Program-made: the position numbers and the translations under genes
In this document: piece after piece, positions 49,004 to 59,793 of the stretch
Layout of the letters: each line of letters begins with the position of its first letter
Numbering within the stretch: the first letter of the stretch is position 1
Notes under the pieces: model-generated
What the model saw: the letters and a program-made list of their open reading frames with translations, nothing else
Told to the model about the DNA's origin: nothing
The model's database searches: none
Origin: a virus
Lineage: Duplodnaviria; Caudoviricetes
IMG/VR virus record: IMGVR_UViG_3300031555_004349
Location: 1 to 64,000 of that record
Strand: one strand, 5' to 3'
DNA length: 64,000 nt

Positions 49004-50041
49004 TTAGTCCTCCTTATTAATAATTCTACGAAACCACTTTTTGTATTCAGGTTTCTTTTCTAAAAAATTACGATAATATTTTATAACTTCAGGATGATAT
49101 TTATTGTCTACTAAAAATATCCCTTCGTAAGTAAAATCATTATATTTACCTTCCCTAAACCATCTTTCAAAAGAATAATAAACTGCTTTTGTTAAAGGTT
49201 TTTTTGAATAAAGCAATATATCTGCACCTGTAAAAGTAATATTTATTTTACTTAATAGCAATGCTTTTTGTACGGTTGGTATTAATTCTTTTAAATAAAA
49301 GTCTTCTGTATATAAATTATCTTTATTATAACCAATACTAAAATAAAGACGTTTTTCCATTTTCTTTAAAATTTCAGTATTGTTTGTAATTAATTGCTCA
49401 AACTCCTCATATGTGCTAGTTAAAATAACCCCATATAAGTTTACAAAATTAAATTGTAACAAATAATTAAAATCTTCTAAATTCTGTTGATTTCTAATTA
49501 TTACTGGACGCGCAAAGCAAATACTTCTTTCATATATTGAAATTTTTTTGAAATACTCGCGCCAGTTTTCTTTATCAAAAAAATCATTATCTACAATTAC
49601 TTTTCTATCTGGTATTAAAACTTTATAAATATCTATTGGTTTTTCATTTGGATAAAGTCTTAACCATTTAGCTCTTTTGATTTTTTCAATATCTTTTTCT
49701 GTATAAATATTACTATAAAAATAATATTTTAATAAATTATCATAAATCCTATAATTAGTTTCTTGTTCGTCTATTTCATTTCCAAAAGGAACAAATTTTC
49801 TATTGTTGTAGTAAGTTCCATAAAAATCAATATTAGGATGTTTTAGGAAACTCTCAATTGGTAAGTGTGAGTTACAAAATATACAAAGTTTATCATAATC
49901 ATAAATATAGCTTTTAGGATGTAGAACTTCAACTTGGTGTCCAAGTTCTTCATAATAAACACCAAGTTTCATTAATTCTACATTTAATATTTTAGAATTT
50001 GGTTGTATTAATAAATCTATATCTACTAAACCTATTTTCAT
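49004..50041 (-). CDS. Hypothetical protein, possibly a degenerate radical-SAM-family relative
   Basis: MKIGLVDID...NVELMKL...GHQVE N-terminus; no CxxxCxxC. Confidence 0.5.
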   Translation of the reverse strand: MKIGLVDIDLLIQPNSKILNVELMKLGVYYEELGHQVEVLHPKSYIYDYDKLCIFCNSHLPIESFLKHPNIDFYGTYYNNRKFVPFGNEIDEQETNYRIYDNLLKYYFYSNIYTEKDIEKIKRAKWLRLYPNEKPIDIYKVLIPDRKVIVDNDFFDKENWREYFKKISIYERSICFARPVIIRNQQNLEDFNYLLQFNFVNLYGVILTSTYEEFEQLITNNTEILKKMEKRLYFSIGYNKDNLYTEDFYLKELIPTVQKALLLSKINITFTGADILLYSKKPLTKAVYYSFERWFREGKYNDFTYEGIFLVDNKYHPEVIKYYRNFLEKKPEYKKWFRRIINKED

Positions 50042-52177
50042 TCTGCTCTTTCTCCCGCAACCTCTATTATTCCATTTTCATCAATTGAAGTTATTAATTC
50101 AATTGGAAATTCAAATAAACCATTTTTATAAACTTTTGGTACAAAATTGTCTCCTCTTCGAATTCCACTCAACATTAATTTATTTCCTCTTTTAAACCAA
50201 GAACGTTCTATTATAGTTTTCTTTCCAGTTAATTCATTTTTAACTGAAATTTGTTTATCATACTTACTGAATTGCGCTCTATATATTTTTACTCCAACTA
50301 CTCCATCATCTGTTAATAAAGTTACTAAATTTTTAGTTTTATTTTTATCTATAACTGTACCACAAATTCTAGTCAATTTAAATATAGGAATTTCTTTTCC
50401 ATCTTTTGTAGTCCATACTTTATCTATTATAGGTTCTTCAGCCAAATTATTATAATTACTTATACCATATCTTTCTTTATCAATATGTGCAAGTTCATGA
50501 GCATTATGATAGAAACATACACTATCCATTTCCCATTTACTAATATTTCCGCTCGCATATTTATTCCATATTTCTTCAAAAAGTTTATTATTTAAATCCT
50601 CTAAAATTGCTGGATTTTCTTTTATTTCAACTTTAACAGGTTCCATTTCTTTTTTATAAATTTTATCCCAAGTTGTTTGACCAATTACAAATTCACCTTT
50701 TTCATTTTGCTTAATTAAATCCATATCATATTTCTTTTCATAAAAAGTTAAAGCGCGTTCATCTAAAACATAATTAACTGAGTCTTTAAAATTTTTTAAA
50801 TACTTATTAAAGTTATAAACATGAACTTCGTTTTTATATTCTTCTGGAATACAATTATTTTTTATTAACATAGCCATATTTTGTAAAGTTAATCTTTGTT
50901 TTTTATCGCTAATTTTATCTATATAATTTCTCATTATTTCTTCGCGCGATTTCTTTTCAACCTTATCAAAACATCCAGCTTTTATTAAATTAATCATAGA
51001 TACTTTATTAGTTTTTACTTTACTCATAAAATCATCTATTCCAGTATAAGGTCTATTATCTATAATACTTTTTGCTAAATCATTATTAATTCTATTTATA
51101 CCTTTAATACCAAAAATGATTGTATTACTTTCAATATCGGGAGTGAAAGTAAATTCAGATTTATTTATATCTGGTAATTCAACACTAATTCCAAGCGCCA
51201 TCATTTTACCAATTGCTGAAGCTATTTTACCATAGTTAACAGTTTTATTTTGTTTCTTGACTTCTTCTTTTTCTTCTTTTGTCATATCTTCATCTAAGTC
51301 ATCATCTTCATTTATGTCTTCTTCGTCATTATTTTCAGTTACTGGGTCAAAATCTTCTATTAAATTTACAAACTCATCGTTCTCATCTATGCCAGCACTA
51401 TCTACTATTAAGTTTGCACAGTTCCAAAATATCGAAGGGTAATGATAAGCTAAATTCATTTCTTGTAAAGCTATTAGTGAATAACCGAAAGCATGCAACA
51501 TAGAGAAAGAATATCCTAACTGTCTTTTTACTTGTATATTCCAAACATAATTTAATAAGTTATCTGAAGTACCTTGTTCGCGTCCTCTTTTCATAAACAT
51601 GTCGTGCATACTATCAATTTCTGCAAGTTTTTTCTTTGCAATTGTTTTTCTCAATTTATTAGCTTCTTTTACACTAAATCCGCTAATTTTTTCATCCATT
51701 GAAATTAACATTATTCCTTCCTGACTTTCGCACACACCAGAGTTTGCTAACAAGTGTTTTTCCATAATTTTTATTTCTTCTTCTGTCAAACCATATCTTT
51801 TCATTTCATTATACCAAAGTTGTATATTATTTTTATACCTTGTAAAAGTCTCAGAAGGCATAACGCCACTTTCGTCTGCCATCAGCCTCATTAATGAGTT
51901 AGCAATAGCTAATTGCATTGTGTTAGTTGGTTTTATTTGTTTAGCCGTTGCTAAACCTACTGGAGTATCATATTGGAATAAGTTACTTATTTTATTTTCA
52001 CCAATTTCATTCCACATATCTTTTGTATCATAATCTAAATTACTTAAACCAACATATTTTTCATAAGTTTCTTTTAAACCATCTTCCCACTCTATATATC
52101 CATATTTTAATAATAAATCTAAACAAGTTCTAATTCTATCAAGTGCATCAGTTGTTAAAGCATCAAATTTAACCCCG
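50038..52177 (-). CDS. dnaE: DNA polymerase III alpha, C-terminal part (reached by +1 frameshift or assembly indel)
   Basis: GGVKFDAL (third catalytic Asp region), LFQY, YSFSMLHA, LPDINKS, C-terminal OB-like region; no credible RBS at ORF-track start 52227. Confidence 0.85.
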
Positions 52178-54079
52178 CCCCATATATTCGCTATCGTGTA
52201 ATTCAAATTGACTACACAAAGTTCCATTTGGCGCTTTCATAACTGCATTATGGTTACAAAAATCTTCATTAACAATTAACATTCCACATGCGTGTAAACC
52301 TCTACGACATATTGTTCCTTCTACTTTTTGAGCAACTTCCCAAATGTCAGGATATTGGTTCATTGCGCTAATAAATTGTGGAATGGGATTAAATTCCTTT
52401 TCTTCATCTCCATAATAACATTGATTTAAAGTTCTAACTTTACCTCTATCAATTGGTACTAAAGATGAGATATATAAACCTAAATCACTGTCGTAACCTA
52501 ATCCTCTTGCCGCAGTTTGTAATGCCGCTTTTGAAGTTTCTGTTCCAAAAGTTGCTATATTATAAACCTCTCCTCCAATACTTTCAAAATATTGTTTAAG
52601 TGCAGCTGTAACTCTTGGTCTTTTAGAAGCTTGGAAGTCTGTATCAACATCAGGAAGTTCAGGTCTATCTCTATGAATAAAACGCCAATACATATTTTCA
52701 ATTCCATATTTAATTGGGTCCATTTGAGTAATTCCTAATAAATAATTACTTACAAATCCTCCCGCAGAACCTCTTGAAACACCAACTAAACTGTCACCTT
52801 CGTTCCACATAATATCTACAACTTTTGCCATTGTGTTAAAATATGCCGAAAGGTCATTTCCAATTTTTTGAGTGATTTCCCAAATTTCAGCTACTTCTTT
52901 TTCAATTTGGTCTATATATTGTTCCCACTTATCTTTGCTTATTTTTTGTTCCAATCCTGCAAAAATACCGTTAATATAATACTTATCTTGCTCACTCTCC
53001 GAACTTAAAAATTTATTAATATATTCTTTTGTTTTTGCATAATTATATATTTCTGAACTATAACTAAATTCTTTTTCTAATTTAATTTTTGGAACTATTT
53101 CTTTATGATATAAACTATATTCTTCAATTAAAGAAGCTACATGATTTGTATTATCCAACATCCACTGTATATCTTCTTCTTTTATATTTGTCATATAACC
53201 TTTTATGTCATCTTCACTTTGTAAATAAGTTCCTGAATAAAACGCATCTGTTTCTCTATCTCCTTCACCAGCATTTAAATATGCTTTATGTAAAGGTCTA
53301 TCTTCTCTTCTTAAATAATGTGCGTCAGTTGTAATAATTGCTCTAATACCTCTCGCTTTTGCATAAGCAAGTGCGCAAGCATTATAAATATTTTGGTCAT
53401 CACTTTCAGATGATTGCAACTCAATAAAGAAATTTTCTTTCCCAAATTGTTTTTGACACCATTGAACAAAATTATCTATTCTGTCTCTAATTTCTTTTGA
53501 TTGTTTTTTATCTAAATATTCTCTAATCAAATTGGCAAATTCTGAACCTAAACAAGCTGTGCTACCAATAACATGTCCTGGATTACTACCAATTATTTCT
53601 TCTATATCTTTATAGTAAGTTGGAACTCTTTCTATAAATTGTCTAAATGAGTGAGACCACGCGCGAGAACTTAACTCTCTCAATTGTTTATGTCCTTCTT
53701 CATCTTTTGCTAACAAAATAAAGTGATAATATTTATCTTGTCCTTTTACATAATTGGCTTTAGTTAAATTATTTCTAGTTAAATAAATTTCATTTCCTAA
53801 AACTAATTTAAAATTATTCCAATAGTTCAATTCATTTTCAAGAAGTTTCCTCTTATCTTCATTTTCTTCTTTCTCATATTTATCCTTATATTTTTGGCGT
53901 AAACCATTAATATGCTGAATAGCCTTAATATGACCACTTAAACTTTCGTGGTCAGTTATGGCTACTCCTGTCATATTTAATTCTCTACATCTTTCAAATA
54001 ATAAAGGAAGTTGGTTAATTGAGTCTAACATACGAATATTACTATAATCAGTGTGTGTATGTAAGTTAATATAACTCAT
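52169..54079 (-). CDS. dnaE: DNA polymerase III alpha, N-terminal part (PHP + palm)
   Basis: HTHTDYS, AITDHE, TTDAHY, RGSAGG, PDVDTDF; stops at HDSEYMGRG*. Confidence 0.9.
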   Translation of the reverse strand: MSYINLHTHTDYSNIRMLDSINQLPLLFERCRELNMTGVAITDHESLSGHIKAIQHINGLRQKYKDKYEKEENEDKRKLLENELNYWNNFKLVLGNEIYLTRNNLTKANYVKGQDKYYHFILLAKDEEGHKQLRELSSRAWSHSFRQFIERVPTYYKDIEEIIGSNPGHVIGSTACLGSEFANLIREYLDKKQSKEIRDRIDNFVQWCQKQFGKENFFIELQSSESDDQNIYNACALAYAKARGIRAIITTDAHYLRREDRPLHKAYLNAGEGDRETDAFYSGTYLQSEDDIKGYMTNIKEEDIQWMLDNTNHVASLIEEYSLYHKEIVPKIKLEKEFSYSSEIYNYAKTKEYINKFLSSESEQDKYYINGIFAGLEQKISKDKWEQYIDQIEKEVAEIWEITQKIGNDLSAYFNTMAKVVDIMWNEGDSLVGVSRGSAGGFVSNYLLGITQMDPIKYGIENMYWRFIHRDRPELPDVDTDFQASKRPRVTAALKQYFESIGGEVYNIATFGTETSKAALQTAARGLGYDSDLGLYISSLVPIDRGKVRTLNQCYYGDEEKEFNPIPQFISAMNQYPDIWEVAQKVEGTICRRGLHACGMLIVNEDFCNHNAVMKAPNGTLCSQFELHDSEYMGRG

Positions 54080-54105
54080 TCAAGTTCCTCCTTTTTTCTT
54101 TAATT

Positions 54106-54143
54106 TATAATATAATTATAACATAAATTGAATTTTATTTCAA
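54106..54143 (-). promoter_or_regulatory. Promoter with conserved 18-bp core (copy 2)
   Basis: TTGAAA-17-TATAAT containing TGTTATAATTATATTATA, upstream of dnaE. Confidence 0.75.
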
Positions 54144-54148
54144 GCTTT

Positions 54149-54745
54149 TTATTTTACAACCCTTATTTGAAGCTGTTTTCTACCAAACTTTAATGCTTCA
54201 CTATGGCTATCAAAATATATGTCAAGTTTATTCCCAGTAATCGCGCCTCCACGGTCTTCAACTGTATAAACTCCCATTCCAGCTATTTCTATTTTTGTTC
54301 CAAATTTATATGTACTTGGTGCCGCAATTGTGTGATTTGCTTTAGCTTTCGCGCCAGAAGCTGTTATACCATTTGTTTTACCACAACATTTTACGCACGC
54401 ACAATAAGCGCTAACATTAGCCCAAACCCAACCAGGAGTCGAACTAGCAGTAACGCTTGTTTTAGTAGAACTACTACTACTTTTAGAAGTAGTAGTAGCT
54501 TTTAATTTTTTATTTTCTGTTTCTAATTTTTCAATTTGATTTTTTAATTCTTTTTGTGTTTTTTCCAATTCAATAATTTTATTTTCTTTTTCTTGTATTT
54601 CTGTTTGATAAGTAACTTCTGCATTTACCAATTGTGTATAAGAACCATCAAAGAATATAAGACAAGCTGTTTCTGCTAATATAACCAAAGGTAAAATTAT
54701 AATGAATATATTTTTCCATTTAATTTTTCTTTTATATTTTTTCAT
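54149..54745 (-). CDS. Membrane-anchored 3D-domain cell-wall protein
   Basis: N-terminal hydrophobic helix, coiled coil, GITASG...VEDRGGAI.GNKLDIY 3D motif. Confidence 0.85.
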   Translation of the reverse strand: MKKYKRKIKWKNIFIIILPLVILAETACLIFFDGSYTQLVNAEVTYQTEIQEKENKIIELEKTQKELKNQIEKLETENKKLKATTTSKSSSSSTKTSVTASSTPGWVWANVSAYCACVKCCGKTNGITASGAKAKANHTIAAPSTYKFGTKIEIAGMGVYTVEDRGGAITGNKLDIYFDSHSEALKFGRKQLQIRVVK

Positions 54746-54754
54746 ATGTCCCTC

Positions 54755-56470
54755 CTAAAACTCATAAGTCGTATCATGAATTTCATAATTTTCAATAAAA
54801 ATTTGAGGTGTTACATTTCCCATAAATTCATTTAAGTTTGCTCTTCCTAAAATAGTAACATTCATAGTTTGATTTTTAGTTAATTTTTCTAAAAGACTTT
54901 CATCTTTAAATTTAATGTAAGTAATTCCATTAACTGTAAATTTTACTGTATCTTTGTTAGCACCAATTGCTTGAACACTACTTTTTGCTAAATGAAGATT
55001 TTCAATTGCAATTAGTGGTTCTTCCATACCTTGTCCCCATATTTCGTTTAACTCTCCTAAAGTTACAATTATGTCTTGTAAATATGGATTTTCTCCGTCT
55101 ACAATTAAATCTACTTCATACACATTTTCATTAAAGTCTACATCTTTTAATTCTTCATCAGCATAATTTAAGAAGGTTTCTAACTTATTTTTTGGAATTG
55201 ATACACCGTGTGCATTAGCGTGCCCAGTAGCATATTCAAAATATCCACTATCCATAAAAAATTGTCTTAAGTCAGGAATTGGTCCGTGATTAACTCCACG
55301 CGCACTTCCTCTTAAATATCCATCTGAATTTTCTCTTACTACACAAACTGGTTTTTTATATTTTGTAACCAATTGCATAGCTACTAATCCAGTTAAAGTA
55401 TTATCGAATTCGTCATCATCTTCTACTTCAACTATAATTATTTTATGTTGGTCTAATTCTAATTTTTGTATTTTAAAGTCTAAATTTTCATAAACTTTTA
55501 ATTTCATTCTATCTTGTCTATTTTTCGCATTAGTACAAATACGAACTGCTTGACCACAAACTGTTTCTGTATCTCCTGGTTTGTGTCCTCTTTTAGTGCT
55601 TGGTACTATTTCATTAGGTTCTATAAAAGCTCTAAATAAAGTTTCTTTTTCTTCTTGTGTTCCAACTCTGATTAAAGCATTTATTAATGGAACTATATAA
55701 AATGCTATTCCCGTTGGAGTAACTTTATTACCCATAGAATATGCTTGCTTTTCTACCATAGCCATTAAACCTAAATTTGTTATATTATTTATACCAGTAT
55801 TAACAATATATCTTGTTTCTAAATCACAAAGCTCCATCATATCTCCAACCATTCCAATGGCTGTTAAATCTATTAAAGAATTTGCATATTTAGTACCCAA
55901 AATATTATCTAAGCAACAACAAAATTTATATGTTACTCCAGCACCACAAAGCGATTTATTTGGATAGTTTAATGATAATTGATTATTTACTACAATCGCA
56001 TCTTGACTATAACCTAAATCAGATTCGTGGTGGTCTAAAACAACTACATCTATTCCTTTTTCGTGTAAAATTTTATGCTGCTCATAATCGTTGGAACTTG
56101 AGTCCGGTGCTATTACTAGTTGTACATCATCTGGTATTGTATCTACTATTAAACCGTGTTGTTTACCTTCGTGTACGCGCCAAACAATCTCTATGTTTGG
56201 GTTAATTTTTTTAATATATAAATAAATTATTGCTGCAGATGTATATCCATCTGTATCACTATCAATTTGTATAAAGATTTTACTATTATTTTTTATATGT
56301 TTTAATAGACAATTTGCGGCCGTTACTATATTGTCCAATAACATAAAATCATAAAGCTCTTTTTCAGAAGGAGCTAAAAACAAATTTAAATCTTTAATAT
56401 GTCTTTCTTTTAAAAAGTTTTGTAAAAAATTATTGTCTGCTACTAATTCTGTTTTTTGTTTATAAATCAT
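54755..56470 (-). CDS. recJ: RecJ-like ssDNA exonuclease (DHH family)
   Basis: DSDTDG, LDHHE, LCGAGV, GSARG, GHANAHG. Confidence 0.88.
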   Translation of the reverse strand: MIYKQKTELVADNNFLQNFLKERHIKDLNLFLAPSEKELYDFMLLDNIVTAANCLLKHIKNNSKIFIQIDSDTDGYTSAAIIYLYIKKINPNIEIVWRVHEGKQHGLIVDTIPDDVQLVIAPDSSSNDYEQHKILHEKGIDVVVLDHHESDLGYSQDAIVVNNQLSLNYPNKSLCGAGVTYKFCCCLDNILGTKYANSLIDLTAIGMVGDMMELCDLETRYIVNTGINNITNLGLMAMVEKQAYSMGNKVTPTGIAFYIVPLINALIRVGTQEEKETLFRAFIEPNEIVPSTKRGHKPGDTETVCGQAVRICTNAKNRQDRMKLKVYENLDFKIQKLELDQHKIIIVEVEDDDEFDNTLTGLVAMQLVTKYKKPVCVVRENSDGYLRGSARGVNHGPIPDLRQFFMDSGYFEYATGHANAHGVSIPKNKLETFLNYADEELKDVDFNENVYEVDLIVDGENPYLQDIIVTLGELNEIWGQGMEEPLIAIENLHLAKSSVQAIGANKDTVKFTVNGITYIKFKDESLLEKLTKNQTMNVTILGRANLNEFMGNVTPQIFIENYEIHDTTYEF

Positions 56471-57542
56471 TTTCTGCTTTCACCTGTACCTTACTCATCA
56501 TTATTTTTTCAAAAATCTCCTTTCCTCTATCTATTGGCGCATCCTTTATGCTCAATAAACCTTTAAAATCAAATAAGAAATAAAAATTACAATAATTTAT
56601 ATATTTCCTACAAATTTTTTCTAATTTGTAATAATAATCTCTAGCTTCCTGTGAAGCGAAATTATCAAATTCTTTATCGTAAGCTATAATAATATCTTTT
56701 ACTCCTAATTCTTTTACTAACAATTCAACTTGTCTATAATTTAAAGAGCTTCCACAACTTGCAACAGATATATTATAATCATACATTTCTTCAAATTTTA
56801 AAACACTTTTTTCGCCTTCAAAAATTATCGCTGTTTGATATTTTTTAATATCTTCTTTATTTTGATAAAGTCCATATAAATTAAAGGATAATGGATGTCT
56901 ATATAAAATGTTTTCAACTCTCAAAGGCATGTATTTTCCATAAAGCTGTTCTTCTTCAGGCTCAAGAGCTCTTCCCCTTATTCCTATCAATCTTCCATCA
57001 ATATCATAATGAGGTATAACAATTTTGTTTCTATAAATATAATGACTAATTTCAAACTTACTCATTGATTTTTCAGTTATGCCTTCTCGCGCCCACTCTA
57101 CCGTTAAATATGGACAAAATAATTCTAAAACTGTTTTATCATATTCTTGTAAAATAATTTCTTCATTTTCTTTTTTAGAGTCTATATTACTAATGTATTT
57201 TTCCTCAGTGGTGTCGCTAAAAATGTTGTACGCCGCGAGGTCAGCAATTGAATATACGACTTCATAAAAATTATAAGGCTGATGATTAACTTCTTTTACT
57301 CTTTTTATTAAATCAAAGATATCAAAGTTTTCGCTACATTCTGTATAACAATGAAACATATGACTATCTTTATAATAATATAGTTTCATAGAAGCATCTT
57401 GGTCTAATGGATTATGACAGATTGTAGGAAATATAATTGTATTTCCTTTATCTTCATAATTATCTGCGCCCAAATGAGTCATTATACTTATAATATGTTG
57501 TTCTGTTAAACTTTCTCTTAATTCCTGTAAATTAATTTTCAT
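56460..57542 (-). CDS. DNA primase
   Basis: CHN...CYTEC zinc finger; GIRGR; TOPRIM IFEGEKS...AYDKE. Confidence 0.85.
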   Translation of the reverse strand: MKINLQELRESLTEQHIISIMTHLGADNYEDKGNTIIFPTICHNPLDQDASMKLYYYKDSHMFHCYTECSENFDIFDLIKRVKEVNHQPYNFYEVVYSIADLAAYNIFSDTTEEKYISNIDSKKENEEIILQEYDKTVLELFCPYLTVEWAREGITEKSMSKFEISHYIYRNKIVIPHYDIDGRLIGIRGRALEPEEEQLYGKYMPLRVENILYRHPLSFNLYGLYQNKEDIKKYQTAIIFEGEKSVLKFEEMYDYNISVASCGSSLNYRQVELLVKELGVKDIIIAYDKEFDNFASQEARDYYYKLEKICRKYINYCNFYFLFDFKGLLSIKDAPIDRGKEIFEKIMMSKVQVKAENDL

Positions 57543-57543
57543 A

Positions 57544-59178
57544 TTATATTAAATCCGCCAAAGAAACTTTTTTCTCAACTGTTCTTTCTTTTAATTCTTT
57601 AATTTCTTTGCTTTCTTCCTTTCTTTCAGATTGCAATTGTGATTGATTAATTATGCTTCCCATTTCATCACTAAATAAATATTCATTTGTAACTATACTA
57701 ATTTCATTTCCATTTTGGTCAGTTAAAAATAAATCTTCAGTTCTACAAGTTCCTAAATCTACTTTACTCCAAATTCTTACTCTATTATATTTTCCTCTAC
57801 GAACTTTATACAAATCTTGAACCTGTGTTGGTAAATCTTTTCCTAATTTTCTTGCAATTGCATCTACCTGTTCGTGGTCTTCTTGTGTTAAGGGTAAACT
57901 AATTCCACCAACATCTATTTTATCTGCAATAGCTTTTGAACCACGAATTAAATTATAATCTCTTATACCTTTATATTCTTTCCATTTTTCATTCAATTGA
58001 GTACCACTCATCATGAAAATATTAAGTTCATTTGCTAAATCTTTTAATGCTATACTTGTCATCATGAGAATAACATCTTCTCTTAAATTTAAATCTTTAT
58101 ATTCTGCAAGTAAACCTGGACTACTAAAAATATAATCATAAAAAACATATTGAATTCCATATTTTAATACTTCTCTTCTAATTAATGTTTTTATTTGTCC
58201 AATTGATGGGTCTCCAACCCTAACAAAAATAAAATTGTCTTGATAATGTTCAATTATTTTAATTGCATCATAAACGCGCTGTTTTTCCGCAGGTGACTCA
58301 TAATAATTATTTAAAATCTTATCTTCATTTACTCCTGAAATATGAGCTAAAATCATTGTTTGTATTTCTTCTTTTTCCATCTCAGTTGCAAAAAATAATA
58401 TTTTATGTCCTTCTCCTGTTACAACCCATTTATTTTTCTTTGTATCATATCGTTCTGGAAAAGCAATTGTACATGCGTGTCCAACCATCTGTCTAGTTTT
58501 ACCAGTTCCTGAAGCACCACTAATTAAATAATATTTTTTTAATCTAGCGCCTCTAACTAAAGTATTATAAATTTCACCTTGTAAAGGTATACCAATTTCG
58601 GGATTTTGCTGTAAATTTTCAAATAATTTATCTGTTCCAGTTGCAATTAATCCTTCTTCACTATCGTCTTTACAAATATAATCGTATTGTAAATCGTTAA
58701 TACCTTTTAGAAAAGTGTCAAAAATGTCTTGTAAAGTCATTTTGTCTAAATTTTCTTGTTGCTTTTTATCTTTAACAACATCTAATTCATTTTCATTATA
58801 AATTTTTGTTATATCAAAACCATCTTTTTTAAGTGCGCGAAGAGCACTTAATTTTTTTAAACGATTATAATAATAATTAAAACCGTCTAAGTTACTAACT
58901 GCTAAACAATCTTGTAAATATTGAGGTCCTCCCGCACGCTTATAAGTTTCATAACTTCCATCGAATTGTTGAAAGAAGTTATCAATATCTACAACTGAAA
59001 TATTCTCCATTAAATGATTTTCAAATAAATTTGAAATTGCCATATAAATATTTTTAGCCAATGGTAAATCAAAATCATTTTTCGTAATGATATATTTTGT
59101 GTCGGCTAATAAAATAGGAGATTTTAACAAGCAGCCTATTACTTGCATCATTGCATTCTTATCGCTAAGACTTGCCAA
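57544..59178 (-). CDS. DnaB-like replicative helicase
   Basis: SGASGTGKT, FATEM, FYDYI, GTQLN, RGSKAIADKID. Confidence 0.88.
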   Translation of the reverse strand: MASLSDKNAMMQVIGCLLKSPILLADTKYIITKNDFDLPLAKNIYMAISNLFENHLMENISVVDIDNFFQQFDGSYETYKRAGGPQYLQDCLAVSNLDGFNYYYNRLKKLSALRALKKDGFDITKIYNENELDVVKDKKQQENLDKMTLQDIFDTFLKGINDLQYDYICKDDSEEGLIATGTDKLFENLQQNPEIGIPLQGEIYNTLVRGARLKKYYLISGASGTGKTRQMVGHACTIAFPERYDTKKNKWVVTGEGHKILFFATEMEKEEIQTMILAHISGVNEDKILNNYYESPAEKQRVYDAIKIIEHYQDNFIFVRVGDPSIGQIKTLIRREVLKYGIQYVFYDYIFSSPGLLAEYKDLNLREDVILMMTSIALKDLANELNIFMMSGTQLNEKWKEYKGIRDYNLIRGSKAIADKIDVGGISLPLTQEDHEQVDAIARKLGKDLPTQVQDLYKVRRGKYNRVRIWSKVDLGTCRTEDLFLTDQNGNEISIVTNEYLFSDEMGSIINQSQLQSERKEESKEIKELKERTVEKKVSLADLI

Positions 59179-59190
59179 AATATCACACTC

Positions 59191-59691
59191 CTACCATTCA
59201 AATTCTTCTTTGCTATAAGTTTTTACATTAACTTTTGGGCCAGTTACTTCTGGCATTTTAACTTTTCTTGTTTCTTGTTTAACCTCTTGATGATTTTTAT
59301 TGTATTCAATAGCCTCTTTTAATTCTTTTTCCATCTTCTCTTTTCTCTCATAATATTTATTTGCTTCTTCGTAAACCCAAGGAATAATACCTACTCCATT
59401 GTCTGATTTAGTAATACTATTCTTTTTTACTTCATAAAAATATACTAAAGCTTTAGACATACCTTTATAAGTCATTCCCTGTCCAAGAAATTTACTTATA
59501 TAAGCATTGTTTCTAGGCCCTGGTGCTTTTAATTTAAAAATACGGCAGATAATTCCATGTAATTGTTTTCTATCTGCATATAAAACTGCGCACTCTGGAT
59601 GAAAATTTTTTTCATCTATTCTTATTGCTATATCTTTGTCTACTTTATTGCTTTGACTTTTGCAATATTGACATATAACTTCTCTTGCCAT
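59191..59691 (-). CDS. Zinc-binding replication protein (helicase-associated)
   Basis: GGAGG RBS before ATG 59691 (MAREVICQYC...FHPEC); immediately upstream of the helicase. Confidence 0.6.
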   Translation of the reverse strand: MAREVICQYCKSQSNKVDKDIAIRIDEKNFHPECAVLYADRKQLHGIICRIFKLKAPGPRNNAYISKFLGQGMTYKGMSKALVYFYEVKKNSITKSDNGVGIIPWVYEEANKYYERKEKMEKELKEAIEYNKNHQEVKQETRKVKMPEVTGPKVNVKTYSKEEFEW

Positions 59692-59713
59692 ATTTCCTCC
59701 ATTTTTTCTTTTA

Positions 59714-59751
59714 TATAATATAATTATAACACACTGCGAATAAAAAGTCAA
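59714..59751 (-). promoter_or_regulatory. Promoter with conserved 18-bp core (copy 3)
   Basis: TTGACT-17-TATAAT containing TGTTATAATTATATTATA. Confidence 0.78.
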
Positions 59752-59783
59752 ATAAAATAGAGTAAACCTATTCGGTTTACTCT
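59750..59783 (-). terminator. Rho-independent terminator
   Basis: AGAGTAAACC-loop-GGTTTACTCT followed by a T-rich tract on the minus strand. Confidence 0.65.
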
Positions 59784-59793
59784 TATACTCCTT

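Noticed and set aside
50038-54079. Split intein or intron explaining the dnaE break
   Set aside because: No intervening sequence or intein terminal motifs; the halves join after a single-base shift
18174-58496. Numerous 60-120 aa antisense or off-frame ORFs in the ORF track
   Set aside because: They overlap well-supported genes and lack RBSs or recognisable motifs
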